Shown here: piece after piece, positions 13,811-28,310 of the stretch
Position numbering within the stretch: the first letter of the stretch is position 1
How the letters are laid out: every line of letters starts with the position of its first letter
Source: the human T2T-CHM13v2.0 reference genome, Homo sapiens
Strand: one strand, 5' to 3'
DNA length: 64,000 bases
Assembly (NCBI RefSeq): GCF_009914755.1
Contig: NC_060929.1
Translations under genes and position numbers: made by a program
Notes under the pieces: generated by a model
Database searches by the model: none
What the model saw: only the letters and a program-made list of their open reading frames with translations
What the model was told of the DNA's origin: nothing

Positions 13811-13897
13811 GTGCCACCGGACTGATTACTTAAATATGGTTAAAATGGTTAAATCTATGTTCTGTTTATTTTACCAAAATTTAAAAAATATTTTTTA
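13811..13897 (+). mobile_element. Very short 5'-truncated L1MA/MB 3' terminal fragment
   Basis: gtgccac..cttaaatatggttaaaatggttaaatctatgttctgtttattttaccaaaatttaaaaaa; degenerate TSD aaagaagtggtgt (13798-13810) / aaagcaagcggtgt (13899-13912). Confidence 0.7.
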
Positions 13898-16036
13898 AAA
13901 AGCAAGCGGTGTAATAAATATTCAAGGTGAAGTAGCAATTAGATAAATTATTAGAATCAGTTGTTTATAATGTCTGACATCTGGGAACTGTCCAAACAGA
14001 CATCTTTTTATTGTAATATAGATGTCTGCAGAATCCCTATACATTGAAACGGCAAGAATTATTATTATTCAAAACTTATTTTCAAATTTCACTACCTGTA
14101 GCAAGTTTTAGAGAACAATTTTCCACATCCCTCTGTTTTTTTGTCACTTCCTACCCTGCCAATACCAAGTATATGATAGTGGTAAACTGAACACAGAGAT
14201 ATTAAAGCACTAACAAGTTCATTGCATGTTTTTGTATACAGCTATAGTTCCTTAAATCAAATTTCCTACAGAATATAATGAAATTGTGTCTCATATCTCT
14301 TACTGAAAATTGGAGTAACTGTGTTACTACCCCTGAGAAATTTGCTTCCCATCTAGTACTGGATTGGGTTCACCACTGTTGATGTGAACGATGTCCCAAT
14401 CTCTAGTCTGATTTTCCTAGAGACCATTTTTCCATTGCCAGAATGAAATGGCCCCAGAGCACTGAATTTATGCCCCCATAATGAATGTGGTTAGTCCACA
14501 ATCACATGCCAAGTACATGTTCATATCATCTTTATGACCTACATAATATATCATGGAGCTCCAGGCTGAAAGGAAACTAATTAACCTTTAATGAGATGAG
14601 GACACTGTAGGACAGTTGGCACTATGGAAGGGCTGACATTCCCAGACTGAAACATTCACTTAGGCTTGTTGCCACTGTGGATCCTCTACCTATGTTTGGC
14701 ACCAGTCTTTTTTTCAGTATTTACTGAATTATTATTATAATATAGCCATCCTCGAAGTCTTTTCTAGTTAAAGGAAATTAAACACTTGGTAAGTTCATAA
14801 CAGATCATTCTGCTTTAAAGGACTTTAACCATACAGGTATGAAATTAAAAGAACAGTCTCGAACCAAACAGTGGCATTAATATGCTCACTCTCATCACCA
14901 CAGAACATGACACATTTTTCAATACTGTTGGATTCATATTAAATTTCAGTTGAAGATAAAGTTCAGTGAGTTGATCTCTACCCGGTTTCCAGGATTCACG
15001 TAATTTATGAAATTGCAGATACAGGATTAGTTGTCTGACAAATGTGCAAAAGAAAAAATGCTCACAAAGTGTTTATTAATGTTCTGAAGGTTGAGAAAGA
15101 AATCTCTTCGGAATTGTTTGACCTTCATTCTTATCATATGAGTTGACAGTTATTCCAGAAAGAAAATACAGAGCCTGTAAAACATCTTTCTCTTCATATT
15201 GATCTTTCCATTGAATCCGGACAAACAAATGTTTATCGGTGGCACATTAACGTGGCAAACACTTAGGCATTTATCTGCGAAGGAGTAATGATGTCATTCA
15301 AGCCTCACTACAATCACCTGTTCAATTTTCCACATTTGAAAGAGGACAACTCCATTTCCTTCTCTTAGCTCAAATAGGCTGAAGTATGTTATAACTGATT
15401 ACTTCCCCTCCTTTATTTATTACACTTAAATAAGACCGATTTTCAACTGTCTTTGTAAAATGCATGCATGTTATACGACAGCATTAAGATGATTAAGTCC
15501 TTACATTTTATAGACTGTTCAATTTATAAAACAATGATGACATGTCACTACTACTGACTCATACTTTTATAGCAAATTTCCTTCTTTTATTAATTCCAGT
15601 ACCTTCTCAGGTAGTGTTTTGAAGGGTTTGTAACAAATGTTTTACCCAAAGTAGTCTGCTTTGCTGATAAACAGAATTACTGGCTTCTCTGAAGTTTGTT
15701 TAGAAGAATGGAGAAACATCACAGGACTTTTGGTTAATAGTAGAGGAAAACATTCTAACTATTTTAAACCACTTTGATCAATCTTTAGTGGCAGCTAAGT
15801 TTTGTTTAAGCAAAAATTATGATACCAAGATGTAATAATTTATAGTTTCAATGTACATGTGGAAGAGTCCACGTGAACTCCCCACCAGCCATCATCACCA
15901 CCTGCATACAGAATCATGTTTTTTTCCTGATTAATGAAAAATTGTCTATTGACATAGAGAAAATTACTGCCTCTATGTTGTACCTATTTAAGAATGTGGA
16001 CTATTACATGAAAAGGGTTTGAGCAATCATCTGAGT

Positions 16037-16220
16037 CACTGCTTCTCAAACTTTAGGCCTAAGAATTACCCAAGGAACTAATTCAAAATGAAAATGCACT
16101 AGGTCCCACCTCAAGAAAATTAGTGCATCTGGAGTCAGACCTAGGAATCTACTTTTTAAATAAGTCCCCCAGATATTTCTGATGCAAGTGTTCCACCAGT
16201 CACTGTTTGAGAACATTAGT
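16037..16220. mobile_element. MER5 (hAT-Charlie) non-autonomous DNA transposon
   Basis: Ends cactgcttctcaaact... and ...tttgagaacatt; internal taggaatctactttttaaataagtcccccagatatttctgatgc. Confidence 0.7.
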
Positions 16221-18639
16221 CTACCTCCTCATTAATAAATATGGGTTCTGAATCCTAAAACGAATGTGGCATGAGAAAGTGTAGTCTTGGTGTTAGGTTG
16301 TGGTACAAACTTTCTGCTGTGGCTGCTACTGAAGGAGAATGCCGAGAGACAATGCTGATTTTCTGGGAGGAGGTACACAGTTTGCATGAGCCCACTGGCA
16401 TTTTAGGAAAGGATGGAATTCGAACTTGAGAGAGCCTTACTCTCTGATTCCCACCAAGGCTACATAGCAAGAAAGGTCCCAGAGACTCCTGAATTTAAAA
16501 ATACCTATGATGCGGAGAATGAATGAGCAGTAGGTGCTGGGCATAAAACAAGAATTTCAGAATTTGTAGTAGAGATGTTGAATTTCCTTTAGGGCCCATG
16601 TCAGTAGTAATACGCTTGAATATTTCTCATTCTGAAGTATGCCTAAACCACCTCCCCTTTTAGAGGAGGTAAGTTTCCAGGATTTATGGACATTTAGGAA
16701 AGTGAAAGGAAATCTAAGAGAGAGAAACCACCTGTTAAATTAAAGCAGATCACAGATCAAATGATTATTAGGAAAAAGAAAATAAATTTGCCTCCAGTTG
16801 ATAAGTCAGTCAGACAGAGAACAGAAGCTTAAAGAAAAACAGGTATGATCCTGAGGTGTAGTTTACCTTTCTTTTTCACTTGCTAATTGACCAGCAAAAG
16901 AGAGTGAGCATTAACTTTATCTGACCTTAGGTCAAGGGGAATTATCTGAAATGAATTCTGGAAATATATTCATTTTTAATACTATCTGGTCACCATAGAA
17001 TAATTATGAATAATTTGTATGTTTGTTGTACAGAAATTTTACTGCCACTTGATTTTATATCAAAGTTACTATCAAATCAATTTTTTATAACATTAGATTT
17101 TTTTTCAAATTTAATCCTCTTAAAATACTTTTGCAAAGGCTGATAAAGACTGTCATCATCAACTGATCATTTTTATTTTGTTTTATCCATTCTGTTGGTC
17201 CAAGAAAGCACAAACACCAGAATGAATTCTTCCTTCTTTTTTACTGCAAAAACTCCCTTCATCTTACAACTGACCCTTTATCTGTGCCTTTATTTTTCTG
17301 CAAGATATGTCTCTATCTGATAATTTGTCTTTAACAAAGAGAAATAGGCTCTCTCAGTTTCTCAAATGTTCCCTAAATTTTCCTGCTGCATATTTCACCT
17401 CCCTGGTCTTAACCACTGCTGTGTGACTATGCTCCTTGTATATTTAATGCCTCTTTCAATACCGAGTTGGATTTATTGTCCCTACACACTTATCTAATTA
17501 TTACTTTGACAGAGTAACAGTAAATTTTCTCTCAAACTTGAAAAGAATGTCAAAATACAGTTATACATTCATTTATTCAAAAAATATTTAATAAACAACT
17601 ACTATGGGCTCCACACATCTCAGTTGCTGCAACAGTACAACAGCCACAGTGCAAAATGTCACCATCATTGGTGATAACACATCAATATCATTTTGATATT
17701 GAAATATCAAAATTTTAAAACAGAAAAATAGGTACTATCCATGTGTTATGAAAAGGGTATCAACAAAAATGCAACTTCGAAATGTTAAGCCAGTAAAGAT
17801 TAAAATGGAAATTTCTTTGAAAGCTATTTTTGATGACCTATCATTGTTATATTAAGTGAATGGCATTAAAAGTAGAGATACTTTACTTTCAAAAAATAAA
17901 ATCTTAATTGCATTGATTAAATAAATTTTAGCCTTCTTACAAGAGGTTTTGGTGAGAAAATCTGTTGTATTAGGAAATATCTCTGAGAAAGAAAAATAGC
18001 TAATTTGAATAAGCAGCTGGAATTATTTCCTTTTGTATTCTGTAACATATTATATTGCAGAGCTGTTCATAGACAGGTTTTGTAAAAACAATAGCAGTTT
18101 GAAGAAAACTAAGGTACCTAGCCATGGTGCACTTACTAGAAATTTATTAAAATATATTGAAAATATTTTTCTCCACTTCTTTTAGTCTTCTTTACCTTTT
18201 AATTATTCCTTAAGACTGACCCTAAAAATCTTTTAAAACTCTCCCATTACTCCTGGACGTCAAAGGTGAATGTTATGTTTATTATTAGTTTTACTGTCAT
18301 TATTGTCATTATAATTATTTTACATGTTTTAAGTGTAATCATCTCAAAAATCAGAAACTGTAGGTTTGACCACTGTTTGCATAATTGCTAGTACATAATA
18401 GGAGCCCAATAATTCTTTTTGATAAAATTTGCAATAAATATAAACACTTTATAAATTACATATTAATATTCAATATATGTAGTATATCATATGTAAATAT
18501 CAAAATGCTCTTTCAAAATAATTACTGATAATTTGATTATGATATAATCTAAGAATTTTTAGGAGATGACAAGTGCATGGTTTTATAACAAACATAAATG
18601 AACATATATGTTCCTTAAATTATTATCTGTTTTACTAAA

Positions 18640-19060
18640 CTGTACATAGCTCTGGTTGCTTTTGTTTAATGTTTGCTTGGTATTTCTTTCTTATTGTTCT
18701 GATTTCAACCTATCTGTGAAATTATATGTAAAATATGCTCCTTTATAAAGAGAATATAGCTGAGTCTTGCTTTTTTTATAGTTTAGTCTGAGAAACTGTT
18801 CCTTTTAATTGAAAGGTTTGTCCATTTATACTTAATATAATTATTGCTATATTGAATTTAAGTCTAAAACTTGCTATTCATTTTCTATTTACCCTGTCTT
18901 CGCTTTTTTTTTTCTTTTGTGTCTTTTGTCCTTTTATCTTTGGAACATTAACAATTTTTTGGCCATATTTCACTTTATCTCTTCCATTAGTTTTAACATT
19001 ACACGTTTGGTATCTTTCTTTTAATGGTCATCCCAACAATATACATCTGTTTCAGGTATA
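18640..19060 (-). mobile_element. Old L1M fragment (start of ORF2 endonuclease region)
   Basis: gaatatagctgagtcttgcttttttt..agtctgagaaactgttccttttaattg is the antisense 5' ORF2 signature of old L1s. Confidence 0.65.
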
Positions 19061-19139
19061 TACTGTTTCAAAAAAAAAAATCTGAAAATTGAGTGTATTG
19101 AAACAACAACCATTAAATTTTATCTTTCATAAGAAATTA

Positions 19140-19392
19140 TGTTACTGGTTGAATTGTGTCCCCACAAAATTTATATGTTGAAGTCCTAAGTCCAAGTACC
19201 CCAGAATATGACTGTCTTTGGAAGTAGGGCCTTTAAGGAGGTAATTCAGTTAAAATGAAATCACTAGGGTAGGCCTTAATCCAATGTGACTGCTGTCCTC
19301 AAAAGAATAGGAGATTAGGATACAGACACATTTACAGAGGGAGGATCATGTGACATAGAGAGAAGAGAGCCATCTATAAGCCAAGAGAAAGG
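19140..19392 (+). mobile_element. MLT1B-like LTR, 3'-truncated
   Basis: tgttactggttgaattgtgtccccacaaaatttatatgttgaagtcctaa..gggcctttaaggaggtaatt..gccatctataagccaag. Confidence 0.85.
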
Positions 19393-19559
19393 CTGGTTCC
19401 ACAGCTTTACAATGCTTTATAAAAGCGTGACTTTTATAATTCACTCACTTCTTTCGGTGACAACGACTGCTTCAACCTATTACATTTTACTTGGAAGTAG
19501 AAATCCCAAATTAAATATAACCCTAACTGTTACAACTTAAGAGCCTGGAAAATATAACC

Positions 19560-20010
19560 TCCAACTTACCTTTCTGCCATTCTTTATTATTGCTCCCCTG
19601 CTCACACATTATGCTACAGTAGCATTAGATGTTTAGCATTTTTTAACAACACACCACATTTTCCTGCCTCCGAGTCCCTACACATGCTGGTCTCACTACC
19701 TTGTGCTCACTGAAATTCTGTATGTTCTTCAAGTCCTGCTTCAAACACCACCCTTGTATGCAGTCTTTTCTTAAATGCTCAATTGGAAATGATCTCTCTC
19801 GGCTTTAATCTTGGCTTTCCGGATTTATTTTACCTCCCTGATAATACATCATATTTTGTCTTATCCTCTTCTTTCTAAAAAATTTAATCATCTCATTCCC
19901 CTCAATAGACAGATTATGAATGTCTTACAAGTAAGATGTCGGCAAGTCTTTACAAATCAGGACTGTGCTTAACTCACTTTATAGGTTCTTAAAAATCTTG
20001 CATATAAAAG
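19560..20010 (+). mobile_element. L2 3' fragment
   Basis: ttcctgcctccgagtccctacacatgctggtctcactacct..ttcttcaagtcctgcttcaaacaccacc. Confidence 0.5.
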
Positions 20011-20093
20011 GTTGAGGTGGGGCAACTGATCACTTCACAAGTCCCCATTCTGAAATGACTGCCTCTGCCTCTCTGCCAGGTATAGAACAGCCA

Positions 20094-21140
<1,047 letters not shown>

Positions 21141-21229
21141 TTTACCACATACTCATTTTTAACGAGGCACACACATGCACAAACACACAGAGTTGTTGAT
21201 TAAAACCTAATTAGTTGCCTGACTAAATA

Positions 21230-21620
21230 TTGGCCAGATACTCTGATTTAGGGACATGTATTTAGAAATGAGAAATCAATTTTATCTCTTTGAGTGACTG
21301 AATACGTAAAATGTTATCAAAGACCCTATGGGCAGCCTCATATCTTCATTAGACTTGAAGGAAATGCAGTTAATTTTCAGAGAGACTGAGAGAGATACAA
21401 AGAGACAGCTAGAGAGAAAGAAAGAAGTAGGTGTTTAGAGAGAGGGAGAGATGGGAGAGGAACACAGAATACTGTTTGAAGTCTACACACATTTCTAAAT
21501 CCCAGTTTCCGTTATTCCTGAGTTCCAGCCACTTTCTGACCTCAGCTTTCAGAAACACAACTTTCTTCTTGTAGACATAACCTAGCTCCAGTTGTCTATT
21601 ATAATTTGCAACCAAAGGTA
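21230..21620 (+). mobile_element. ERVL-type LTR relic (LTR16/LTR33-like) with GA-rich tract
   Basis: GA-rich middle and 3' ..taacctagctccagttgtctattataatttgcaaccaaag; 5' boundary uncertain. Confidence 0.45.
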
Positions 21621-22205
21621 ATAAAAATGTTTATTTAATTAATTAAAATATCTCTACAGTGTCAACAGTAGGCTATAAAGGTTGAAGGATTATTTTAGAG
21701 CAATTTAAGCATTAATTCTTTAGTGAAGTGCCATATTTAGCAAGTATAATTTCACTACATGTAAATATACCATTCTTCATTGTTTTCATTTCTAGCTTAC
21801 AATAATAACCTCTGTATATAGTGTTTTCACAGGATTAATGGCTGGTTGGGGTTAATGTCTCTCAGCTATGCCATGGGCCATCAACTCTTTTCAGCTGGCC
21901 ATTAATCCCCAGGAAATGCCTTGTACCTCAATCATTATGGCTTAATTAGGTCATTAAGAAGCTGCTGGTTAATTGCCACATTATAGACATCCAGAGATGG
22001 GCAGGTGGCTGCAAAGACCAGAAGAATCATGCAATCACAAAAAGAAAAAAGTATTAACAATTCATATATATTTATGTATATAGAAGATAATAATTAAAAA
22101 GTAAATGTTTCTATGTTTTTACTTGGTAAGTTTTAATTAAAAATGTTTATTCAATTAGAAAATATTTTTGAAAATTAGATATGATTTCATTAATAATCTC
22201 TCAGG

Positions 22206-22486
<281 letters not shown>

Positions 22487-22789
22487 TCAAGATACCAAGT
22501 TTCTCATTTTACAAAATATAGTTGGCTCAAAATTTCCTAAATGCGATTTCATATTAGGATATAGAATTGGAATAGTTTTAAATCTAGGTATTCCACCAGC
22601 CAGTTACTTTGTCTTGGTTAAGCCTTCTGCTTTTTCTGTGCCTCAATTCTCTCATGTATAGATTTGCACACACATACTAAAATGTGTGGAGCTCTAAGAT
22701 TCTAAAAATGTACTGAAAAACATATTGAAACTAAGAAATATGTTAATTTTGCACAAGAAATGTGAATCGCATTAGACTTTCATTGAATC

Positions 22790-23140
22790 CTGTTTATCAA
22801 ACAACCTCAAATTCAAAACATAAAGATGTTACAAGTCACCAATATCAAGAATTTAAAAAAAAGTTTTTATTATAGATCCTACAGATATTTTAAAAGGAGA
22901 ATATTATGTACAAATTTATGTCAATAATTTTAGCAATTGATTGTAACAAACAAATTTCTTGAAGGATACAACTATCAAAGCTCTCTTAAAAATAGATAAC
23001 TGAGATAAGTTTCCTGTCCATTAAAGAAATTGAATTTGTGATAAAAATTATTTTCTACAAAGAAACATCTAGAACCAGTTGGCTTTGTCGAACATTGAAC
23101 AAAGACATTATACGTTTTCTACATAAGATTTTCCAAAAAT
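22790..23140 (+). mobile_element. Old L1M ORF2 fragment
   Basis: tatagatcctacagatatt..gaatattatgtacaaatttatg..aaagaaattgaatttgtgataaaa. Confidence 0.7.
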
Positions 23141-24203
23141 GTACATCTAGGCACTTGCTCTTCTAATTCTCCTCTTCCAGAATACAACTTGTATAAGAAA
23201 GAGTCATCAGTTTCAATTTGGTAGGCAAAATACTTTAATTTTGACATCAAGGCTCTGAACTGATGGAGAGTAGCTGTTTCCCTTCAGAAAAAAAGTATTA
23301 CTAAGTAAAGAAAAACACCCAATATTAATATTAACTGAGGAAAAACTATTCATGCACTTCCGGATACAAACTACTTACATCGTACAACATAAGGGTATAA
23401 GAAGGAATATTTATTAGTGAATTAATATGAAGAATTTACTTTATCGTAATATGAAACTACAGAAAATCGTTCATGAACTGTTTTTCCAAAAGATATTATA
23501 CATAAATAAGTAACTGAGCAAATGTTTAAGGATAAAGTTTACTTATTTATGTAGGAACTAACATATATTAGAGTTAATTCAATTCAAAAACATTCATTAA
23601 ATGCTCACTATCTGACAGGCACTATAAGAATTTGTGCTAGGGAAACAAGATGAAATCCAATGAATTTTTAAAAACTAGATTGTTTTCTCTGTACACATTT
23701 TCTGAATGGTGCAGTTCATCACATTCATATTCATTAAACAGCACTGTTTTTTGGTTGTGTATATTATACTTGGAAACATTTTGTGCTTGTGAGACTATTA
23801 CTCTACACACGTCTGTAATGCTGATAATAACTGACAATCTCAGGACCGGAGAGAGGGCAAATACATTGGAAGGTTTCTGTTAATTAGTTACCGTGGCCAT
23901 TAGGGCCAAAGTGTATCTGATTTATAAGTTGTTTAAAACTCAAGGGAATAAGAGTTCTACATTTTTTAGCCTAGAGAAAAGTTCAGCCCGGAAAATGGTT
24001 CAGCCTAAAGAACAGATCAACCTAGTTGCAAATCTGTTCTATGATATCAGAAATTTTTCCACAGTACACTATTCTTGATATTGAAATTTTGAGGCCAAAA
24101 TAACCGTGGTGTTTGGGAGTAAGGAGGAGTGGGAGAGGCTATAACATTTTATTAACTTCCAGTGTATCACACTGAGTTGTTTTTGGACTCCTGTCCACTA
24201 GGT

Positions 24204-24890
24204 ATTCATTCATTCATTTATTCTTCATTCGGCCAATACAATACAGATCCTGTATTATATGACAGGATCTGTTCTAAGCCCTGAAAACTCAATAGTGAAC
24301 AAAGCAGAGTAGATCTCAGCCCTAATAGTGCGTACATTCTAATGGGGGAGGGAGGTAGAATAAATCATCAAGTACACTTTCTAAGAGTTGTAAGTGCCAC
24401 TCAGTGAAATAAAGCATAGAGGTTAGATGATTTAAATTGGTTGGTCAGGGAAGATCTCTTAAAGGAGGTGCTGTTTGAGCTGAGATTTGAACAGGCAGAA
24501 GATGCCAGCTCTATAAAGATCAGGTGAGAGAACATTCTGAAGGCAGAAGCAATGGCTGGTGCACTTGGCAGTGAAGTGAGACTGAGAAGGCGAGTCTTGC
24601 TAAAATGTAGTGGGTGAGAGAGAGAGGGAGAGAGTAACAAGATGAGGTCAGATCAGGGAGGGCTTTGTAAGAAGCTGAGAAGTTGGGGCTTTATTCAGGG
24701 TGCACTTGCAGCCATGTGAGAATGTTGAGCAGCTGGAAATAAGAGTATAAAATCTCAGGACAGGATCAAATCAGGCAATACATATTTTGGAGTCATTGGC
24801 CTATAGATTATATTCAGGATCATGAGACTGAATGAAAATGTGCAAAGCGAAAACAGAACCAGTCCCAAGAGAGGGAACTAGGCTACTCCT
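24204..24890 (-). mobile_element. L2a 3' region
   Basis: (attc)n tail, ctgttctaagccctg..gtgaacaa, ggtcagggaagatctc..gaggtgctgtttgagctgagatttgaa. Confidence 0.8.
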
Positions 24891-25758
24891 ATAACATGAT
24901 TACCTGCCCTGAAGCTCTAAATGGTGGCTGTGCTTCTTTTACATTTTTGAAGTGCAGAAAGGGGAGTTCAGAGAAGATGAAGCAGAAAGGTGATTACTGC
25001 AGGCTTAGTTAAGAAGGTAGGGTTCAATTTAGGAAGTCTGAGGATTAATGATAGTAGCTCAAGAACAGTATTGAATTGTATACTTCAAGGGAAGAGATCG
25101 TATCCTGTTTCTTTTAGTTCTGCCATCTTAGAAACACAACATACATCATTTACTTGGAGCCTGCCACATTACAAGAATGGAAAAGCGAACCTCCTGACTG
25201 AGACAAAAACCTAAGGCCTCTTCAACCTCAGATTGCTTCCTCCATTTTGGGAGGCCATTGTTTAAGGAGAAATTTGCCATTATTTCTCCTACAGTGTGGT
25301 GCCACATTAGCAGCCCTTAAACAATTGATATTCAGATAAACTCTCACTTTTGACACTTTGTGGAACTTTTACTTTATTCTGGCAGATACCATAATTATAT
25401 TTACCTTTTTCTGAATGCTTATTTTATTTGTTTTCTTAAATGGTTCTTCTCTAACAATCTTTTTTCTCATTAGATAAGAAATAAAATAGGAGCAAACTCA
25501 AGGAAGACACAGCAGAGGCCGCTATTTAGGAGGTTAATACGTTCTTCTCTTGTGTTGCAGAGTTTTCTCCAACCTTGCAATATCTTCCATTCCAGTTCCA
25601 GCTAGTCCTGCTGCCTTTAAAAATGGCCCTCTGGCTAAGATTGACCTGGCCACCTCTAGAAATGGTAACCATGTTGACTCTGAAAAGTTGTAGGCTAGAA
25701 AGCTTCTAAAAGCCATCATTACCACTGCTCTCTTCCCAAAGGAAACCAAAGCAATAAA

Positions 25759-25784
25759 ACACACACACACACACACACACACAC
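25759..25784. repeat. (AC)13 microsatellite
   Basis: Read directly. Confidence 0.95.
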
Positions 25785-25794
25785 CCACCCCCCA

Positions 25795-26255
25795 GAGTTA
25801 GGATCTAAACAAGAAAACAGAAACCACTCTTTTTAGAAGTAACTGAATTTAACAGAGGGAATTTGTTATCTATGTGTGGAACGTCTGGGAAACCAAACAG
25901 GGAGTTTGGGTAACTCTCTGAATACTCCCTTGAATAACTTTAATTTATGGACATCCAAGGGCAAGAGGGGGTGGGATAAAGAGAGAGGATAGTGTTACTT
26001 GAACCCAGAAGTAGCCTCTGCATTGGCCACTGAGGCCGCCCAAAGCAATGACAGAAGAGGAGAGATGCTCAGTTTTCTCCCTTTCTGCATCTCTCCAATC
26101 AGGCCTCAGTGCCTCTCACTGGCCAAACCCAGGTGGAGGCAGCTGACAGAGGATTCTGGGAAATGTAGGCTGCAGAGTCAGCTGGCTGCCATACAGAGGA
26201 AGACCAAAGGGCAAGGACTGGTTCTGAGGACCAACATGCCTATGCAACCACAGCA
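25795..26255 (-). mobile_element. Old ERVL-type LTR (LTR67B/LTR41/LTR33 group, subfamily uncertain)
   Basis: aagaaaacagaaaccactct..tttaacagagggaatttgtta and gtgcctctcactggccaaaccc..ctgggaaatgtaggctgcag. Confidence 0.55.
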
Positions 26256-27804
26256 CATTCTAGATTTTAGGTCAAGAGCGACCAAAAACAAAGAAACAAA
26301 CAAACAAAAATGTCCTAGTATTCTTCTACATTTCATAAGGGTAAATGCAAGCAAAGGATTTGAGCTGTCTCTTTTAATCAGATAGATCCCATTCTAATGA
26401 ACTAGTGTTAGGGTAAAGTAATCACATCTTTTGGCACCCGTGTTAAAATGTCTACTTTTCAATATCCTACAAAATATCACTAATAATTTAATATTGCCAA
26501 ATTCCTACACATAAGAGCATTGAATATGCACCAAAGTAAGATCGGCAGGTTAAAAAAAAAGCACATTTGGTGCACACAGTCATTCTCCACAAGGTCTCCT
26601 AAAGCTCCTGATTTAAAGTGGGATTTTGGTACACATCTATTTTCTCGGCAGAGATATACCAATTATAGTTTCCCTCTAGTAAGTCTGTTCTTTCTTCCAG
26701 TTTTTCAATGATTCATAAAAACAGGATAAAACATCTAACCATCTCTGAAAGCCAACTAGTTGCATTTGACTCCTGCATGAAGTGCTAAATTTAATTAACA
26801 GGACAAAGAATCCAGTCTGAAAAAGTTTAATCATGAAATTCTTCATGTATTAAAGTGGATTGAGTGTATTTAAGTGCTCCTATCTGCTTGTGTACTTATG
26901 AAGGGCAGTTAATGTCACCTGCCCTACGTACGCCAAAAGATTATTGTGAGGGCAAAAGGAAAGCTAGACAGTGCTTTGAAAGTGTGTCATTAGGTACAAA
27001 TGTGAACTAATATTGTCCATGTTAATTTCTTGTTGATTGAGAGGTATTTAATACTGGGCATTTTCTATAGCACACTTACAAGAGGTAGGACTTAATAAAC
27101 AATATTACTACGTTGCCCCATCATGACCCATAAGATATGATCCTTTAAAAATAATGACTAACAAAATTTACCAGTAGAAGAAACTGAAGCTGCAAATTTC
27201 CCCATTTGCTGTACAAAGTCATTATGGGTAACTGGAGTCCACATGCTAAATAAACAAATAAATAAGTGATGCTCTGCCCAACTAAACGTCTGTAGCCAAG
27301 TAACAGCTGCAATTTTAAAGAAATAAGCTCTTAAATAAATAGCCAAACAAATCATGCTTTATCTTAATTTGCTCTTGCTCAAAAGGGAGTTTTACTGCTA
27401 CACATAATGAATGAAAGTGTTTCCAGGGTCAGATTGATTCCATCACTAAAATTAAAACTCAGGTTACACAGAAATCCATCTGCATTCTGCATCTTTAACT
27501 ACACTCAGTAAACTACCTCCTTAACTGCATTTCTCAAGCTCTTATAATCCTTTGTGGGTGGCAGAAAGCAAAGTTTCATATAGGCAAGGCCAACAAAGAT
27601 GGAAGCTAAAATGGTGAACCAGAATTTTCATTTCACAAGATAACTGAGTCCCTGAATTGCTTTCTTAATGTCACTGTAAAGGGGATTAGGAGGCAGCTAA
27701 AGGGATAGTAGAAGTAGAGTCTACGAATGTGATTTTACTTATTTCTTTAGGACTTTGGTTCTCAGTACAGACTTTGCTTAGTACTGAAGTAGTTATTATT
27801 TGTT

Positions 27805-28310
27805 AATCATTCCTCTGACAAATAGTTATTAACTGTGCTGGTCCAGTGACTCTAATATGGGAGAATTTTGCACTCTCTTCAAGGGACATTTGGCAACATC
27901 CAGAGACTGTTTTTTGTTTTGTTTTCAAAATCAACTTGCTACAACTCTACTAGATAGAGGAGAGGGATGCTACAGACCTTCAATGCATAGAACAGTTCTC
28001 CACCCCGCACAACAAAGAATTATTAAGGCTGAAATGTCCACAGTGCTGAGGTTAAGGGGCTCTGTGCTAGCCACAGTGTGAGGGTGCTAGGCTATAATGA
28101 TGGGGAAAACTAAACATAAAAGCATCATGCTTTTGTGGTGCTTACAATTCATTTGAGGAAAAAATACATTTTAGTCTAAAATATATGTTAATATGTAAGC
28201 TGTAGTTTTGTCTTTGAAAGAGATGTATATCACCTTATAAGAATACATAAAACTGAAGGATTTGACCTGTTCAGGAAAAGCAGTTATAGATTTTTCTAAG
28301 GAAATGAATA
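27805..28310 (-). mobile_element. L2 3' fragment split by MER20
   Basis: tcattcctctgacaaatagttatt..[MER20]..cacagtgtgagggtgctagg..tggtgcttacaattc. Confidence 0.55.
27844..28064 (+). mobile_element. MER20 (hAT-Charlie) DNA transposon
   Basis: cagtg..ggagaattttgc..agggacatttggcaacatccagagac..acaaagaattat..aaatgtccacagtgctgaggtt..ctg; 8-bp TSD tgctggtc / tgctagcc. Confidence 0.85.

Noticed and set aside
25999-26385. 128-aa ORF
   Set aside because: Lies largely in an old LTR relic, has a non-ATG start and no recognisable homology
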